Origin: Patescibacteria group bacterium
GTDB taxonomy: Bacteria; Patescibacteriota; JABMPQ01; JBFLZX01
Assembly (NCBI GenBank): GCA_040756075.1
Contig: JBFLZX010000001.1
Span: forward strand, 28,787 to 92,786
Direction of reading: 5' to 3'
Length of the DNA: 64,000 nt
The position numbers and the translations under genes are program-made. A model generated the notes under the pieces. The model did no database searches. It saw only the letters and a program-made list of their open reading frames with translations, and was not told the DNA's origin. Shown in pieces: positions 47,683-57,585 of this stretch (its first letter is position 1; each line of letters begins with the position of its first letter).

Positions 47683-48755
47683 TGGAAAGAAAAAGAATAT
47701 TATTAATAAGCAGAAAATATCCGCCTATGATTGGCGGTATGGAAACTTACACAAAAAATTTATTAAGCAATCTATGTTTATCATACGATGTAGATACAAT
47801 ACTACTTAATAAGAAACAATTTCATCTTATTTGGTTTTTGCCGTATGTTTTTATAAAGAGTTTTTTCTTAAGTTTACGGCATAAATACAGTGTTCTGTAT
47901 ATTTGTGATGCCTTATTGTCGCCTTTAGGCTTAATTATAAAATCAATATTTAATATAAAAACGATTGCGACTGTTCATGGTTTAGATGTTACTTATCCAA
48001 ATTTTTTATATCAAAAAATAGTGCCCTTTTCTTTGTCAAAACTAGATTATTTGGTATGTGTGAGCAATAATACAGTTAGCGAATGTATTAAAAGAGGTAT
48101 TTGTGCATCAAAGTGTATATTTATTCCAAACGGTGTTAATATTAATGAGTATTATTTAGAGCAATCTAAAAATGATGTTCTTGAGCAGCTTAAAGGAAAA
48201 ATGAAACATGATTTTAATAATAAAAAGATATTGCTTACTACGGGGCGTTTGATAAAAAGAAAAGGCATGGATTGGTTTTTGAAAAATATATTTATGCAAT
48301 TAGGGCCTGATTTTATCTATTTTGTAAGCGGCGAAGGACCACTAAAGAGGGACTTAAGGCGTATTATCGATAAACAATCTCTAAAAAATAAAGTTTTTTT
48401 ATTAGGTAAGGTTGATAGAAATACACTAAAGCTTCTTTATAACTCTGCGGATGCCTTTATTATGCCCAATCAAATTATAAAGAGTGACCCTGAAGGTTTT
48501 GGTATTGTTGCATTAGAAGCAGCCAGTTGTGGCGTACCAGTAATTGCTAATGCCGTAGACGGCATAAAAGAGGCAGTCTTAGATGGCAAAACAGGATGGT
48601 TAATAAAGTATAATAATAAAGATGCCTTTATCGAAAAAATTATAAATCCAGGCCTTAGAGCTAATAGTGTAAGAGAAGCAATCCATTCATTTAGCTGGGT
48701 AAATTTAATAAAGAGCTATCAGAAAATTATAGAGAATAATTATGACGATTTATAA
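47682..48755 (+). CDS. GT4-family (GT-B) glycosyltransferase
   Basis: The C-terminal EGFGIVALEAASCGVPVIAN gives the E-x7-E motif of retaining GT4 enzymes. GTG start. Confidence 0.7.
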   Translation: MERKRILLISRKYPPMIGGMETYTKNLLSNLCLSYDVDTILLNKKQFHLIWFLPYVFIKSFFLSLRHKYSVLYICDALLSPLGLIIKSIFNIKTIATVHGLDVTYPNFLYQKIVPFSLSKLDYLVCVSNNTVSECIKRGICASKCIFIPNGVNINEYYLEQSKNDVLEQLKGKMKHDFNNKKILLTTGRLIKRKGMDWFLKNIFMQLGPDFIYFVSGEGPLKRDLRRIIDKQSLKNKVFLLGKVDRNTLKLLYNSADAFIMPNQIIKSDPEGFGIVALEAASCGVPVIANAVDGIKEAVLDGKTGWLIKYNNKDAFIEKIINPGLRANSVREAIHSFSWVNLIKSYQKIIENNYDDL

Positions 48756-49425
48756 GACTGCTAGCGAATCATCTCAACAAAGGTATTATTTTGATGCTTT
48801 TTATAAAAAAGAAAGAAAAAAAGTTTATTTTTACGAGCTAAATGATTTTAAAAACAGAATCGGAGAGACAGTAGAAAAAATAGTACTTTCTATAGGTAAT
48901 GGCAATAAAAGTCCTATTTTTGAAAATCAAATAATTTCTGATATTTCTTTTGAGGGGATAAAGAAGGTAGATTCAAGGAGAAAAGTTGTTTTAGATTGCC
49001 ATAGCCTTCCTTTTAAAAAAGATAGTATAGATATTATATTTGGGTGGCAAGTTGTACATCATTTAAGCTTGGATAAATTTTTATCACAAGTTAAATTTAC
49101 GCTCAAGAGTGGAGGAAAATGTGTTTTTGTCGATAATGGTTATTCGCCGCATTGGAGAATAATAAGAAATTTATTTCCTAAGAAAAAAAATGAACCGGCC
49201 GAAGATATGAGCGAGGATCTTATTTATCAAAAAATAGAAGAATACGGGTTTAAAAAATTCGATGCAAAAAGATATAATTTTTTTGCCTATTTATTCAGCA
49301 AAACATTTAGGGAGCTTGGTATTAATTTATCTATTAATATTTTAGGAGAAATAGATCAGTTTTTCTCTAGATGGGAATGGTTTAGAAGAAACTTAAGGAA
49401 TATGGTTTGGAGTTTTGAGAAATAA
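48742..49425 (+). CDS. Probable SAM-dependent methyltransferase (Methyltransf_11-like)
   Basis: LSIGNGNKS glycine-rich loop, DCHSLPFKKDSIDIIFGWQVVHHL and LKSGGKCVFVD blocks. Confidence 0.45.
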   Translation: MTIYKTASESSQQRYYFDAFYKKERKKVYFYELNDFKNRIGETVEKIVLSIGNGNKSPIFENQIISDISFEGIKKVDSRRKVVLDCHSLPFKKDSIDIIFGWQVVHHLSLDKFLSQVKFTLKSGGKCVFVDNGYSPHWRIIRNLFPKKKNEPAEDMSEDLIYQKIEEYGFKKFDAKRYNFFAYLFSKTFRELGINLSINILGEIDQFFSRWEWFRRNLRNMVWSFEK

Positions 49426-49427
49426 TT

Positions 49428-50879
49428 ATGAATTACAAAAAGATACTTTTGTTAAGGCCAAATTATAGAGAATCGCATTATGAATACACCGGTTTGCCTG
49501 CCGGCATAGGTTATATCTCAGAAGCATTGGATAAAGCAGGTATACCGCAGGAAGTCGTTGATATGTCATTGGGGTATAATTACACCTATCTTAAAAGGCG
49601 TATTGAAAAATTTAATCCGGATATGCTTGGCGTATCATTAATGAGCTTCAGGTATAAGGACCATTATGTTTTGATTAATAAGATCAAAGATGATTTTAAA
49701 AATTTAAAGATTATTGCTGGTGGGCCGCATATCTCAACTTTTAGAGAAAAATCTTTAATTGAATGTAATGCAATAGATTACGGGGTTACTTTGGAAGGCG
49801 AAGATGCAATGCTGGAACTTTGCATGAGGCAGGATAACCCTTTTAACATAAAAGGCCTCTTCTTTAAGAATCGCGACGGGATTGTTTATACTGGTGACAG
49901 GCAATTTAAGCAAAATCCGGATGTTTTTGGATTCCCGAAATATAAATTCTTTGAAAAAGATAAATATCCTAAATTTATTTCACTTTTAACTAGTCGCGGT
50001 TGTCCGTATAATTGTATATTTTGCCCTGTTCAGTTAACAATCGGTAAAAAATTACGCGTGAGGACTCCCGAGTCCGTATTAGATGAAATAAGTTATTGGT
50101 ACGAACAAGGAATAAGAGTTTTTAATGTGGTTGATGATAATTTTACTTTTTACAAACAAAGAGTTATAGATATTTGCGATGGCATCAAGAAAAGGAAGTT
50201 TAAAAATATAACTCTAAGTTGCAGAAATGGTATACGGGCCGATACCGTTGATAGAGAAACATTAAGATTTATGAAGGAAGTCGGATTTAACTATCTTGCC
50301 TTTGGTGTTGAAAGTGGTAGCGAAAAGATATTAAAGGTGTTAAAAAAAGGAGAAAATCTGTCTAAAATAAAAACAGCGATAAAAGATGCCTGTGAGCTTG
50401 GCTTTATGGTTACTTTATTTTTTATCATCGGCATGCCATACGAGACAGAGGAAGATGTTAGCGAATCATTAAAAATTGCAATGGAATTTCCTGTTTTTGA
50501 TGTCCGTTTTTATAATCCGATACCTTTTCCAGGAACGGAGTTATATGATTGGATAGCGAAGAACAATTATTTTAACAAATCCAACAGAGATTATTTAAAT
50601 AATCTTTCTCATTGGGTAAATAAGCCAATATTTGAAACACCAGAGCTACCTTTTGAAGCAAGAAAGGTTCTCTATGAGCGGCTCAATAAGATTATAAAAA
50701 AACATACTTTTAAAACAAAGATTTTATTCTTAAAAGATACAGAAAGGTTATTTACTAACCTTGGAATACCGCTTTTTTTAAGCAAATACCTGGCTAGAAT
50801 TTATTATACGCAGTTTTTTCAAATGTCTTTTATACAATCAGGATTAGCCGCAAAATTTAAAAAGTTTATTAAAAAATAG
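49428..50879 (+). CDS. B12-binding radical SAM protein
   Basis: N-terminal B12-binding-like domain. Radical SAM motif TSRGCPYNCIFCPV. Confidence 0.75.
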   Translation: MNYKKILLLRPNYRESHYEYTGLPAGIGYISEALDKAGIPQEVVDMSLGYNYTYLKRRIEKFNPDMLGVSLMSFRYKDHYVLINKIKDDFKNLKIIAGGPHISTFREKSLIECNAIDYGVTLEGEDAMLELCMRQDNPFNIKGLFFKNRDGIVYTGDRQFKQNPDVFGFPKYKFFEKDKYPKFISLLTSRGCPYNCIFCPVQLTIGKKLRVRTPESVLDEISYWYEQGIRVFNVVDDNFTFYKQRVIDICDGIKKRKFKNITLSCRNGIRADTVDRETLRFMKEVGFNYLAFGVESGSEKILKVLKKGENLSKIKTAIKDACELGFMVTLFFIIGMPYETEEDVSESLKIAMEFPVFDVRFYNPIPFPGTELYDWIAKNNYFNKSNRDYLNNLSHWVNKPIFETPELPFEARKVLYERLNKIIKKHTFKTKILFLKDTERLFTNLGIPLFLSKYLARIYYTQFFQMSFIQSGLAAKFKKFIKK

Positions 50880-50888
50880 CTTAAGAAT

Positions 50889-52022
50889 ATGAATATTTTT
50901 ACAGTCACAATGACACCGATAAATCCACCTTATGATGATGGAGCAAAAAATATCGTTTTGGGTATTGCAAATCATATAAAAAACCATAATTTTTATTTTA
51001 TTTCTGCTTTTACAAGGAGATTTAAGGCAGGCAGTAATATTTCTTTTATTTTTTCGCCTTTTCAGGGCGTTGGTATGCATAGCATGGCTTTTTTTCAGAA
51101 AATTTATATAACATTAATTATACTTTTAAGGATACAAAAAATAGATATTTTACAATTTTTTTTTACGCCGCAGATGTATTTTTCAAAAATTTTTGGCAAT
51201 TTAGTTAAGAGATACAATAAGAAATCAATCCAAATAGTTTCTTCTGTGCATACGCTTTTTAAAAAAAACTCAGCTGAGATTATACCAGCACTTTTTTTTG
51301 CGGATTATACAATAACCCATTCCGATTATACGAAAAATTTACTTACCGTATTAGGAGTAAAAAATGTACTCAAGGTCTATCCGGGAATAGAATTTAGCCG
51401 TTTTAGAGCTAACCCCTTAGGAAGAAAAAGTAATGATTTAACCGTTCTTTATGCGGGTACTTACAAGATCCTTAAAGAATCATATTCTTTCGAAGAATTT
51501 TATGAAATTTCCAGGATTGTGTGTGGAAATATAGAAAATTTAAAATTTATAATGGCCTGTCGAATAAGGTCAAAAGAAGATCGTTTATACGAAAAGACAT
51601 TTAAGAAGCTTGTAGAGAAAAATAATCTTTTACAGCATTTTATTTTTCTTAATACCGTAGAAGATATGCCTTCTTTAATAAATAATTGTTCTGTCGGAAT
51701 CATGCCGTCAAGGAATCAAATGTCCGGTGTCTTAGAGATTCCTCTTGTGTTGCTTGAGTTGGCGGCAATGGAAAAGCCCGTTATATATAGCGCGATTGAG
51801 CCATTTAATGAATTAGCAGATAAAGGTTTGGGAGTTTGTTTAAATGATATGTCTGCACAGAAATACGCAGAAACTATATTAGATATACTTAAAGATAGAA
51901 ATTTATACGATAATATTTCTAGGGATTCGAAAGATGCCGTTATGAAACATTTTGATATAGAAAAAACTGCTATTGAATATCAAAAAATCTATGCGGATTT
52001 AGAGAAAAATAATTATGAATAA
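50889..52022 (+). CDS. Putative GT-B fold glycosyltransferase (GT4-like)
   Basis: Two Rossmann-like halves, with a C-terminal EIPLVLLELAAMEKPVIYS block reminiscent of the GT4 nucleotide-sugar-binding region. Confidence 0.4.
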   Translation: MNIFTVTMTPINPPYDDGAKNIVLGIANHIKNHNFYFISAFTRRFKAGSNISFIFSPFQGVGMHSMAFFQKIYITLIILLRIQKIDILQFFFTPQMYFSKIFGNLVKRYNKKSIQIVSSVHTLFKKNSAEIIPALFFADYTITHSDYTKNLLTVLGVKNVLKVYPGIEFSRFRANPLGRKSNDLTVLYAGTYKILKESYSFEEFYEISRIVCGNIENLKFIMACRIRSKEDRLYEKTFKKLVEKNNLLQHFIFLNTVEDMPSLINNCSVGIMPSRNQMSGVLEIPLVLLELAAMEKPVIYSAIEPFNELADKGLGVCLNDMSAQKYAETILDILKDRNLYDNISRDSKDAVMKHFDIEKTAIEYQKIYADLEKNNYE

Positions 52023-53505
52023 TATACGTTTAATTATAAATGATGATTATCCCCTAGATAGTAATACATTAGATATTTTAAAGAGCATGAGCCAAGTAGA
52101 GGGCATAGTAAAGCCTATAGTTGCGCTTCCCGATGTGCATTTTAAATTTTCTTATTATACTCCTACAGGGGTAGTAGTTTTAAGTAAAAATACGATTATT
52201 CCTAAGTTTGTTAACGCAAATTGCGGCATGTCATTTATAATAACGCCATTTTTTGAAAATGATATTAGCGAAGTTATTCTTGATAAATTATTCGATTACC
52301 TTAGAACTAATATAGCCATTACGACAAGAATTTCTCCACTTATTTCCGTAAATGACCTTTCTGATATAGTAAAAAATGGCGCGGAATGGGTATTTGATAA
52401 GCATAGCTTAAATCGGCAGGATCTGCTAAACTTTGAAAATAATGGTTCGGCATTAAAAAACGACAAAAGGCCTATGGCTAAGATTATGTCATTTATACCA
52501 GAATATTGTAAGAAAATCGGTTTATATAGTTTAGGGGTTTTGGGTTATGGTAACCATTTCATAGAACTACAAAAAATAGATAAGGTAACAAATAAGCCAT
52601 TGGCAGATAAGTTTGGTATTTCTCCCGGACAGCTCTGTTTTATGATTCATAGTGATTCTCGGGCTTTCGGACAGTCTATTTATGACTTTTATTCGAAGAA
52701 AGCGAAAAAACTATTAGGCCTACAGCAAGTTTATAAAAAAATACACTATGCTATTGCATCTTCTGAAAACAGCCCGGAATTTATAAGGAATACGTTAAAT
52801 TTAACAAACCAGGCTTTAAACAGGTTAAAATCGACTCTTTATTGGAAATTAGATAGAATAAATAAAAAATCTTCTAAATTTGATGCCATAGGCATAGAGA
52901 CAGAAGAGGCAGATGCTTATATAACAAGCACTGCCTGTGCTATTAATTTTGGTTATGCCAACAGGACTTATTTAGCATCTATTATTCGCGATGGATTTAG
53001 AAAAGTGTTTAATAAAAATGCTGTCGATTTAACTATTCTTTATGATGGCAACCATGATAGCTTGCAGAAAGAAACTATAGATGGAAATGAGTTTATTGTA
53101 CATAGGAATGGGGCAAGCAGGGCATTGTCTCCGCAGTATTTTCCAAATCATCCGGTGTTTTCTTATACGGGACAACCGGTATTATTGCCAAGCGCTTTAG
53201 GAAGAATGTCTTTTTTATGCGCCGCTACGAAAGGATGTCCGGAATCATACTATTCGGCCTGTCACGGAACAGGAAGATTGATTGACAGGGGGCAGGCGAG
53301 ACAGATTTTTAAAACACAAGATGTTTTTAATGAAGTAAAAAAACAAAATATGAAAATTTACGATTATGGCAAAGGTTATATTTCCGAAGAATCTCCAGCT
53401 GCATTCAAAGATGCAGAGAAAATTTTAGAAACCGTTATTAACTACAATATAGCCGATCCGGTTGCAAGACTTAAACCATTAGCAGCGCTTAAAGGGTGGA
53501 GATAG
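52015..53505 (+). CDS. RtcB-family protein (RNA 3'-phosphate ligase homologue)
   Basis: IVALPDVH...NANCGM aligns with E. coli RtcB IAVMPDVH...VDIGCGM. GYGNHFIELQ aligns with GTGNHFIEI. SACHGTGR aligns with CSHGAGR, and the nucleophilic His is present. Confidence 0.65.
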   Translation: MNNIRLIINDDYPLDSNTLDILKSMSQVEGIVKPIVALPDVHFKFSYYTPTGVVVLSKNTIIPKFVNANCGMSFIITPFFENDISEVILDKLFDYLRTNIAITTRISPLISVNDLSDIVKNGAEWVFDKHSLNRQDLLNFENNGSALKNDKRPMAKIMSFIPEYCKKIGLYSLGVLGYGNHFIELQKIDKVTNKPLADKFGISPGQLCFMIHSDSRAFGQSIYDFYSKKAKKLLGLQQVYKKIHYAIASSENSPEFIRNTLNLTNQALNRLKSTLYWKLDRINKKSSKFDAIGIETEEADAYITSTACAINFGYANRTYLASIIRDGFRKVFNKNAVDLTILYDGNHDSLQKETIDGNEFIVHRNGASRALSPQYFPNHPVFSYTGQPVLLPSALGRMSFLCAATKGCPESYYSACHGTGRLIDRGQARQIFKTQDVFNEVKKQNMKIYDYGKGYISEESPAAFKDAEKILETVINYNIADPVARLKPLAALKGWR

Positions 53506-53506
53506 A

Positions 53507-54130
53507 ATGATTATAGCTTTTTGTGGAATCGATGGTTCCGGTAAAAGCACTTATGTTGGTTATACTATGGATTATTTAAATGCCAAAGGTTTAAAAACTA
53601 AATCTATACATATTATCAGAGATTCATTTTATCATTTTGTCCTTCATAACTATATTGGCAGGATTTCTTCTGTATCCCAAAAACGATTAGAGGATAATTT
53701 AAGAAACCCAAAAAATAAGATTTATCCCTTTATTGTAAAATTTTTAAAAAAAATATTATTATTTATGAATCTCATATATTTTAATTTAAAGCACCTATCC
53801 TATAAAGGCAATTTAAACAATAATATAGTTTGCGACAGGTATTTTTACGACGATTTAGTACAGATGAAATACTTAAAATTAGCTAAGGACAAATTCTTTT
53901 ATTTTTATGAAAAACTTATTATAAAGCCCGACATTATTTTTTTTGTAAAGGCAGATCCGCAAACTGCTTATTCAAGAAAATACGAATATAATTTAGATTA
54001 TTTTTTAAATAAAAATCGGTTATATTCCAATTTATTTAGCCATATTTTACACCTGGAATTAAGCCACCCGGACATAGAAAATAATAAGCAGTATATTTAT
54101 AGACAAATTGACGAAGTTATTCAAAGATAA
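53507..54130 (+). CDS. Thymidylate-kinase-family P-loop nucleotide/nucleoside-monophosphate kinase
   Basis: IIAFCGIDGSGKST P-loop (Tmk GxDGxGKST) and VCDRYFYD, which matches the Tmk DRY motif. Confidence 0.55.
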   Translation: MIIAFCGIDGSGKSTYVGYTMDYLNAKGLKTKSIHIIRDSFYHFVLHNYIGRISSVSQKRLEDNLRNPKNKIYPFIVKFLKKILLFMNLIYFNLKHLSYKGNLNNNIVCDRYFYDDLVQMKYLKLAKDKFFYFYEKLIIKPDIIFFVKADPQTAYSRKYEYNLDYFLNKNRLYSNLFSHILHLELSHPDIENNKQYIYRQIDEVIQR

Positions 54131-55071
54131 TGAACAGGAAACGATTGCTTCAGGTATTATTTATTACTATTATAACAGTGATGTTTATTATTTATTTCAG
54201 GAGAAATTATTCACATTTGAAAGATGTGATAAAGATAAAGCCGCATTTTTTAATTTGGTTGGTTCTATTAAATATTACAAACAAGATTTTGGGAGGTTTT
54301 AAAATAAGAACAGCCCTGGAGATATTTAAAATAAGGCTTTCTTTTATGCAGTGGTTTGGAGCTTCAGTTATTAATAATTTTTATAACTATCTTGCGCCTA
54401 AATCCGGTAGTGCGCTTTTAGCGGTTTATTTCAAAAATAATCATAAACTTGAGTACAACAAATATTTAAGCACCCTTGTAGTTATGGCTATGATTACTAT
54501 ATTAACTTTGGGTATAATAGGCTTTGTCACAAGTCTATATGCTTATAAAAACTATATTATAACAAGTTCTTTATTTATCTTAATTTTTATAGCCATGATT
54601 ACTCTGCCGCTTATTTTATTGATTATGCCGCGGATTTACTTTAATAAAAAGGGATTTTTTGAAAAAATAAATAGGTTTCTAGTAGGTTGGCATACCCTAC
54701 GCAAAAATAAAAAGATGATAGCATTGCTCTTTTTATCAGATGTAGGTATTTTAATGTCATTAGCCTTTCGTTACTATATTATGTTTAAAATGTTTTCATT
54801 AAATACCAACCTAATTAGCTGTATTCTTATAGCGCCATTTAACATCTTAATGCATTTTGCAACAATAGTACCTGGTGGCTATGGGATTAAAGAAGCAATT
54901 GTAGGCTTTGTATCCAAATTAACTAATATTGGTTTTGACGGAGGAGTTATATCAACATTAAGCGATAGGATAATAAATATGACAGTATCATTTATATTGG
55001 GGCCGCTATTTAGCTTTATTTTATTTAAGCGCATTTTTATACCTAAAAAGGAGATAGTAAAAAATGAATAA
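54130..55071 (+). CDS. Flippase-like integral membrane protein (UPF0104/LPG-synthase-TM-like)
   Basis: About 8 TM helices. The KIKPHFLIWLVLLNITNK start is typical of the flippase-like domain proteins that accompany GT2/GT-C pairs. Confidence 0.5.
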   Translation: MNRKRLLQVLFITIITVMFIIYFRRNYSHLKDVIKIKPHFLIWLVLLNITNKILGGFKIRTALEIFKIRLSFMQWFGASVINNFYNYLAPKSGSALLAVYFKNNHKLEYNKYLSTLVVMAMITILTLGIIGFVTSLYAYKNYIITSSLFILIFIAMITLPLILLIMPRIYFNKKGFFEKINRFLVGWHTLRKNKKMIALLFLSDVGILMSLAFRYYIMFKMFSLNTNLISCILIAPFNILMHFATIVPGGYGIKEAIVGFVSKLTNIGFDGGVISTLSDRIINMTVSFILGPLFSFILFKRIFIPKKEIVKNE

Positions 55072-56632
55072 ATATAAATCTTGCGCTTTGTTGATTTTGT
55101 TATTTTTTATGTCTTTTTATTCTTTATTTGGTATTGGGCATTTTGGCGGAGATGGTTACCAGGATTATTTAACTGCTGAAAGTATTGTTTTAGATCATAA
55201 TTTATCGCTAAACGATAGGCCAGAGGATATAGATGAATTACAATACATTAAAAGTTTTGGTATCAAGGGTACAGATAATAAAGTTTATAGTTCGCGCACG
55301 GGCTTAGGAGTGCCTATTATACTTGTTATATTTTATTTTTTTGGGCATGTTGCTTCTTTTTTATTTAAAGATTTACCGCATGATTTCATAACTATGTTTT
55401 TCGTTTCATTCGCTAATCCAGTTATCTGCGCATTATGTTGTTTTTTTGTGTTTGTCATCGCTAAGAAACTTAAATTTTCTTTACAAATATCGGCTATATT
55501 AGCGTTCATTTATGGCCTTTCTACTATGTTGCCTGTTTATGCAAGAACAGCATTTAACGAACCTGCTATAGGGCTATTTTTGCTTATTTCAATATATTTT
55601 ATATTAGACTATAAAAGCTCTTTAAATGTTCGTTGCTTAATTTTATCGGGATTGGCAATGGCATATTCATTTTTTATAAAACCGAGTAGTTTAATTTTTT
55701 TAGTTGCTTTATTGCCATATATTATGTGGATTAGTTTTGATTTAAAAATTAATAGTTTAAATAAAATAAAGCATTTTTTCTTTTATGTCGTTTCTCTATT
55801 AGTGCCGGTAATCTTAATCTGTATTTACAACCAGATTATCTATGGAGATTACCTAAAATTTGGCGGACAAGAAGCTTTTAAATTAGGAAAGCGCATTATG
55901 GGGTCAACACATCTATTAAAAGGATTTTATTATTATATGTTTAGTACGGGGAAAAGTTTTATTCTATTTAATATACCAATTGTTTTAGCATTTATCGGCG
56001 CATATAAAGCTTGGCAAGAAAGAAAAAAAGAAACGGTTTTATTCTTGTTAATATTTTTTGTTAATCTTTTATTCTTTGTTAAGTTTTTTAGGCGGGGATC
56101 ACTTTTTAGTTGGGGGCCACGTTATTTGCTGCCATCTTTGCCATTCTTAATATTTTTTATTGGGGATTATTGTCAAAATTATAGAAAGCTTATTTCAAAA
56201 GTAGCCCTATTTGTTTTATCTGTTATTGGTTTTTTGATTATGCTACCATGCTTATTTATAAATCAATCAAAATTTTATTTTTTTATCATTGAAAAGTTAA
56301 GGCTGGATGAATATATGATTAATTTTATCCCTGATTTGTCGCCGATACTTGGGGCATGGAATATGTTAATATCGAGAATTTATTTAAATTTAAAAGGGAT
56401 AGACATTCCCTTTATTTATAACCCGGATTATCGCCTTGTTAACCCTATATCAGCTAGCATGCTTGATTACAATAATTTTGATTTTTGGTTTTTGAAGATA
56501 ATCAAATATAAAACGGATTATAACTTTATTATTTCTTTATTAGTTTTATCTTTAGTTAGTTTAATATTATTATCAAGTAGTATTATTATAAAAATTTTGA
56601 TAAATAAAAATAATTCTCTAGATAATTATTAA
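55064..56632 (+). CDS. Polytopic membrane glycosyltransferase, GT-C fold (ArnT/PMT-like)
   Basis: At least 12 TM helices, with an acidic first loop (GDGYQDYLTAESIVLDHNL..DRPEDIDEL). Confidence 0.5.
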   Translation: MNKYKSCALLILLFFMSFYSLFGIGHFGGDGYQDYLTAESIVLDHNLSLNDRPEDIDELQYIKSFGIKGTDNKVYSSRTGLGVPIILVIFYFFGHVASFLFKDLPHDFITMFFVSFANPVICALCCFFVFVIAKKLKFSLQISAILAFIYGLSTMLPVYARTAFNEPAIGLFLLISIYFILDYKSSLNVRCLILSGLAMAYSFFIKPSSLIFLVALLPYIMWISFDLKINSLNKIKHFFFYVVSLLVPVILICIYNQIIYGDYLKFGGQEAFKLGKRIMGSTHLLKGFYYYMFSTGKSFILFNIPIVLAFIGAYKAWQERKKETVLFLLIFFVNLLFFVKFFRRGSLFSWGPRYLLPSLPFLIFFIGDYCQNYRKLISKVALFVLSVIGFLIMLPCLFINQSKFYFFIIEKLRLDEYMINFIPDLSPILGAWNMLISRIYLNLKGIDIPFIYNPDYRLVNPISASMLDYNNFDFWFLKIIKYKTDYNFIISLLVLSLVSLILLSSSIIIKILINKNNSLDNY

Positions 56633-56637
56633 ATGCA

Positions 56638-57585
56638 ATGGATATACATATAATTATATTAAATTATAACGGAATGGCTCTTTTAAAAAAACATCTACCA
56701 TCTGTAATCATGGCTCATAATCGTTGTTCATATAAAAGCCGCATAACTATTTTAGATAATGGGAGTACAGATGGGAGTTTGTTATATGTAAGAGAAAATT
56801 TTCCCGAAGTGAACATAAGTATTTCTCCAAAAAATTTAGTTTTAATTTCATACAACGCATTTATTCAACAAATAAAAGAAAAAGTTATATTATTGTTAAA
56901 TAATGATGTTAGGTTGTCGGAAGATTGTATTGATTTAATGATGCCACATTTTTTAGATAGTTCTGTTTTTTTTGTTTCTCCGCTTGTTTTGAATAAAGAT
57001 GGAAATGACTTAAACGGAGGCTGTATGGATTTTTCATTTAAATATGGATTATTTCAGAATAAATTCAAGCAGCCGACAGTTAATAAATATTCCTTATTTA
57101 TTGGGAGTAGCGTTGCTTTTGATAGGGATAAATTTCTGGCTTTAAGTGGATACGATTCTATTTATTTACCTGGCACTTACGAAGATGTAGATATATGCTA
57201 TAGGGCTTGGCAAAGGGGATGGTTTGGCATCTGTGAAAAAAAAGCAATCGCTTATCATGACGATTCGGCTTCGTTTAATAAGGAATACGGCAATAAAAAA
57301 CGCCAAATAATATCAGCTAGGAATGCTTATATATTTGTTTGGAAAAACATACACAGCCCCACGATACTCTGTACAAATATTATTTGTTATCCATTAGTAA
57401 TAATATTTAATATGATGCGTTTACGGTTTGATTTGGTTTTAGGTTACCTACAGGCCATTTTTTTATTACCTGCTATTTTTAAAAGAAGGATATTTTGTAA
57501 TAGGCAGATTAAAAGGACGGATTCAGAGATTAAACAACTTTTTAATAGCACATCAGGAGATAAAAATGTATATACTTGGAATTAA
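56638..57585 (+). CDS. GT2-family glycosyltransferase
   Basis: IIILNYNGMALLKKHLPSV, ILDNGSTDGS and a later YEDVDI block (DxD-like). Confidence 0.65.
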   Translation: MDIHIIILNYNGMALLKKHLPSVIMAHNRCSYKSRITILDNGSTDGSLLYVRENFPEVNISISPKNLVLISYNAFIQQIKEKVILLLNNDVRLSEDCIDLMMPHFLDSSVFFVSPLVLNKDGNDLNGGCMDFSFKYGLFQNKFKQPTVNKYSLFIGSSVAFDRDKFLALSGYDSIYLPGTYEDVDICYRAWQRGWFGICEKKAIAYHDDSASFNKEYGNKKRQIISARNAYIFVWKNIHSPTILCTNIICYPLVIIFNMMRLRFDLVLGYLQAIFLLPAIFKRRIFCNRQIKRTDSEIKQLFNSTSGDKNVYTWN

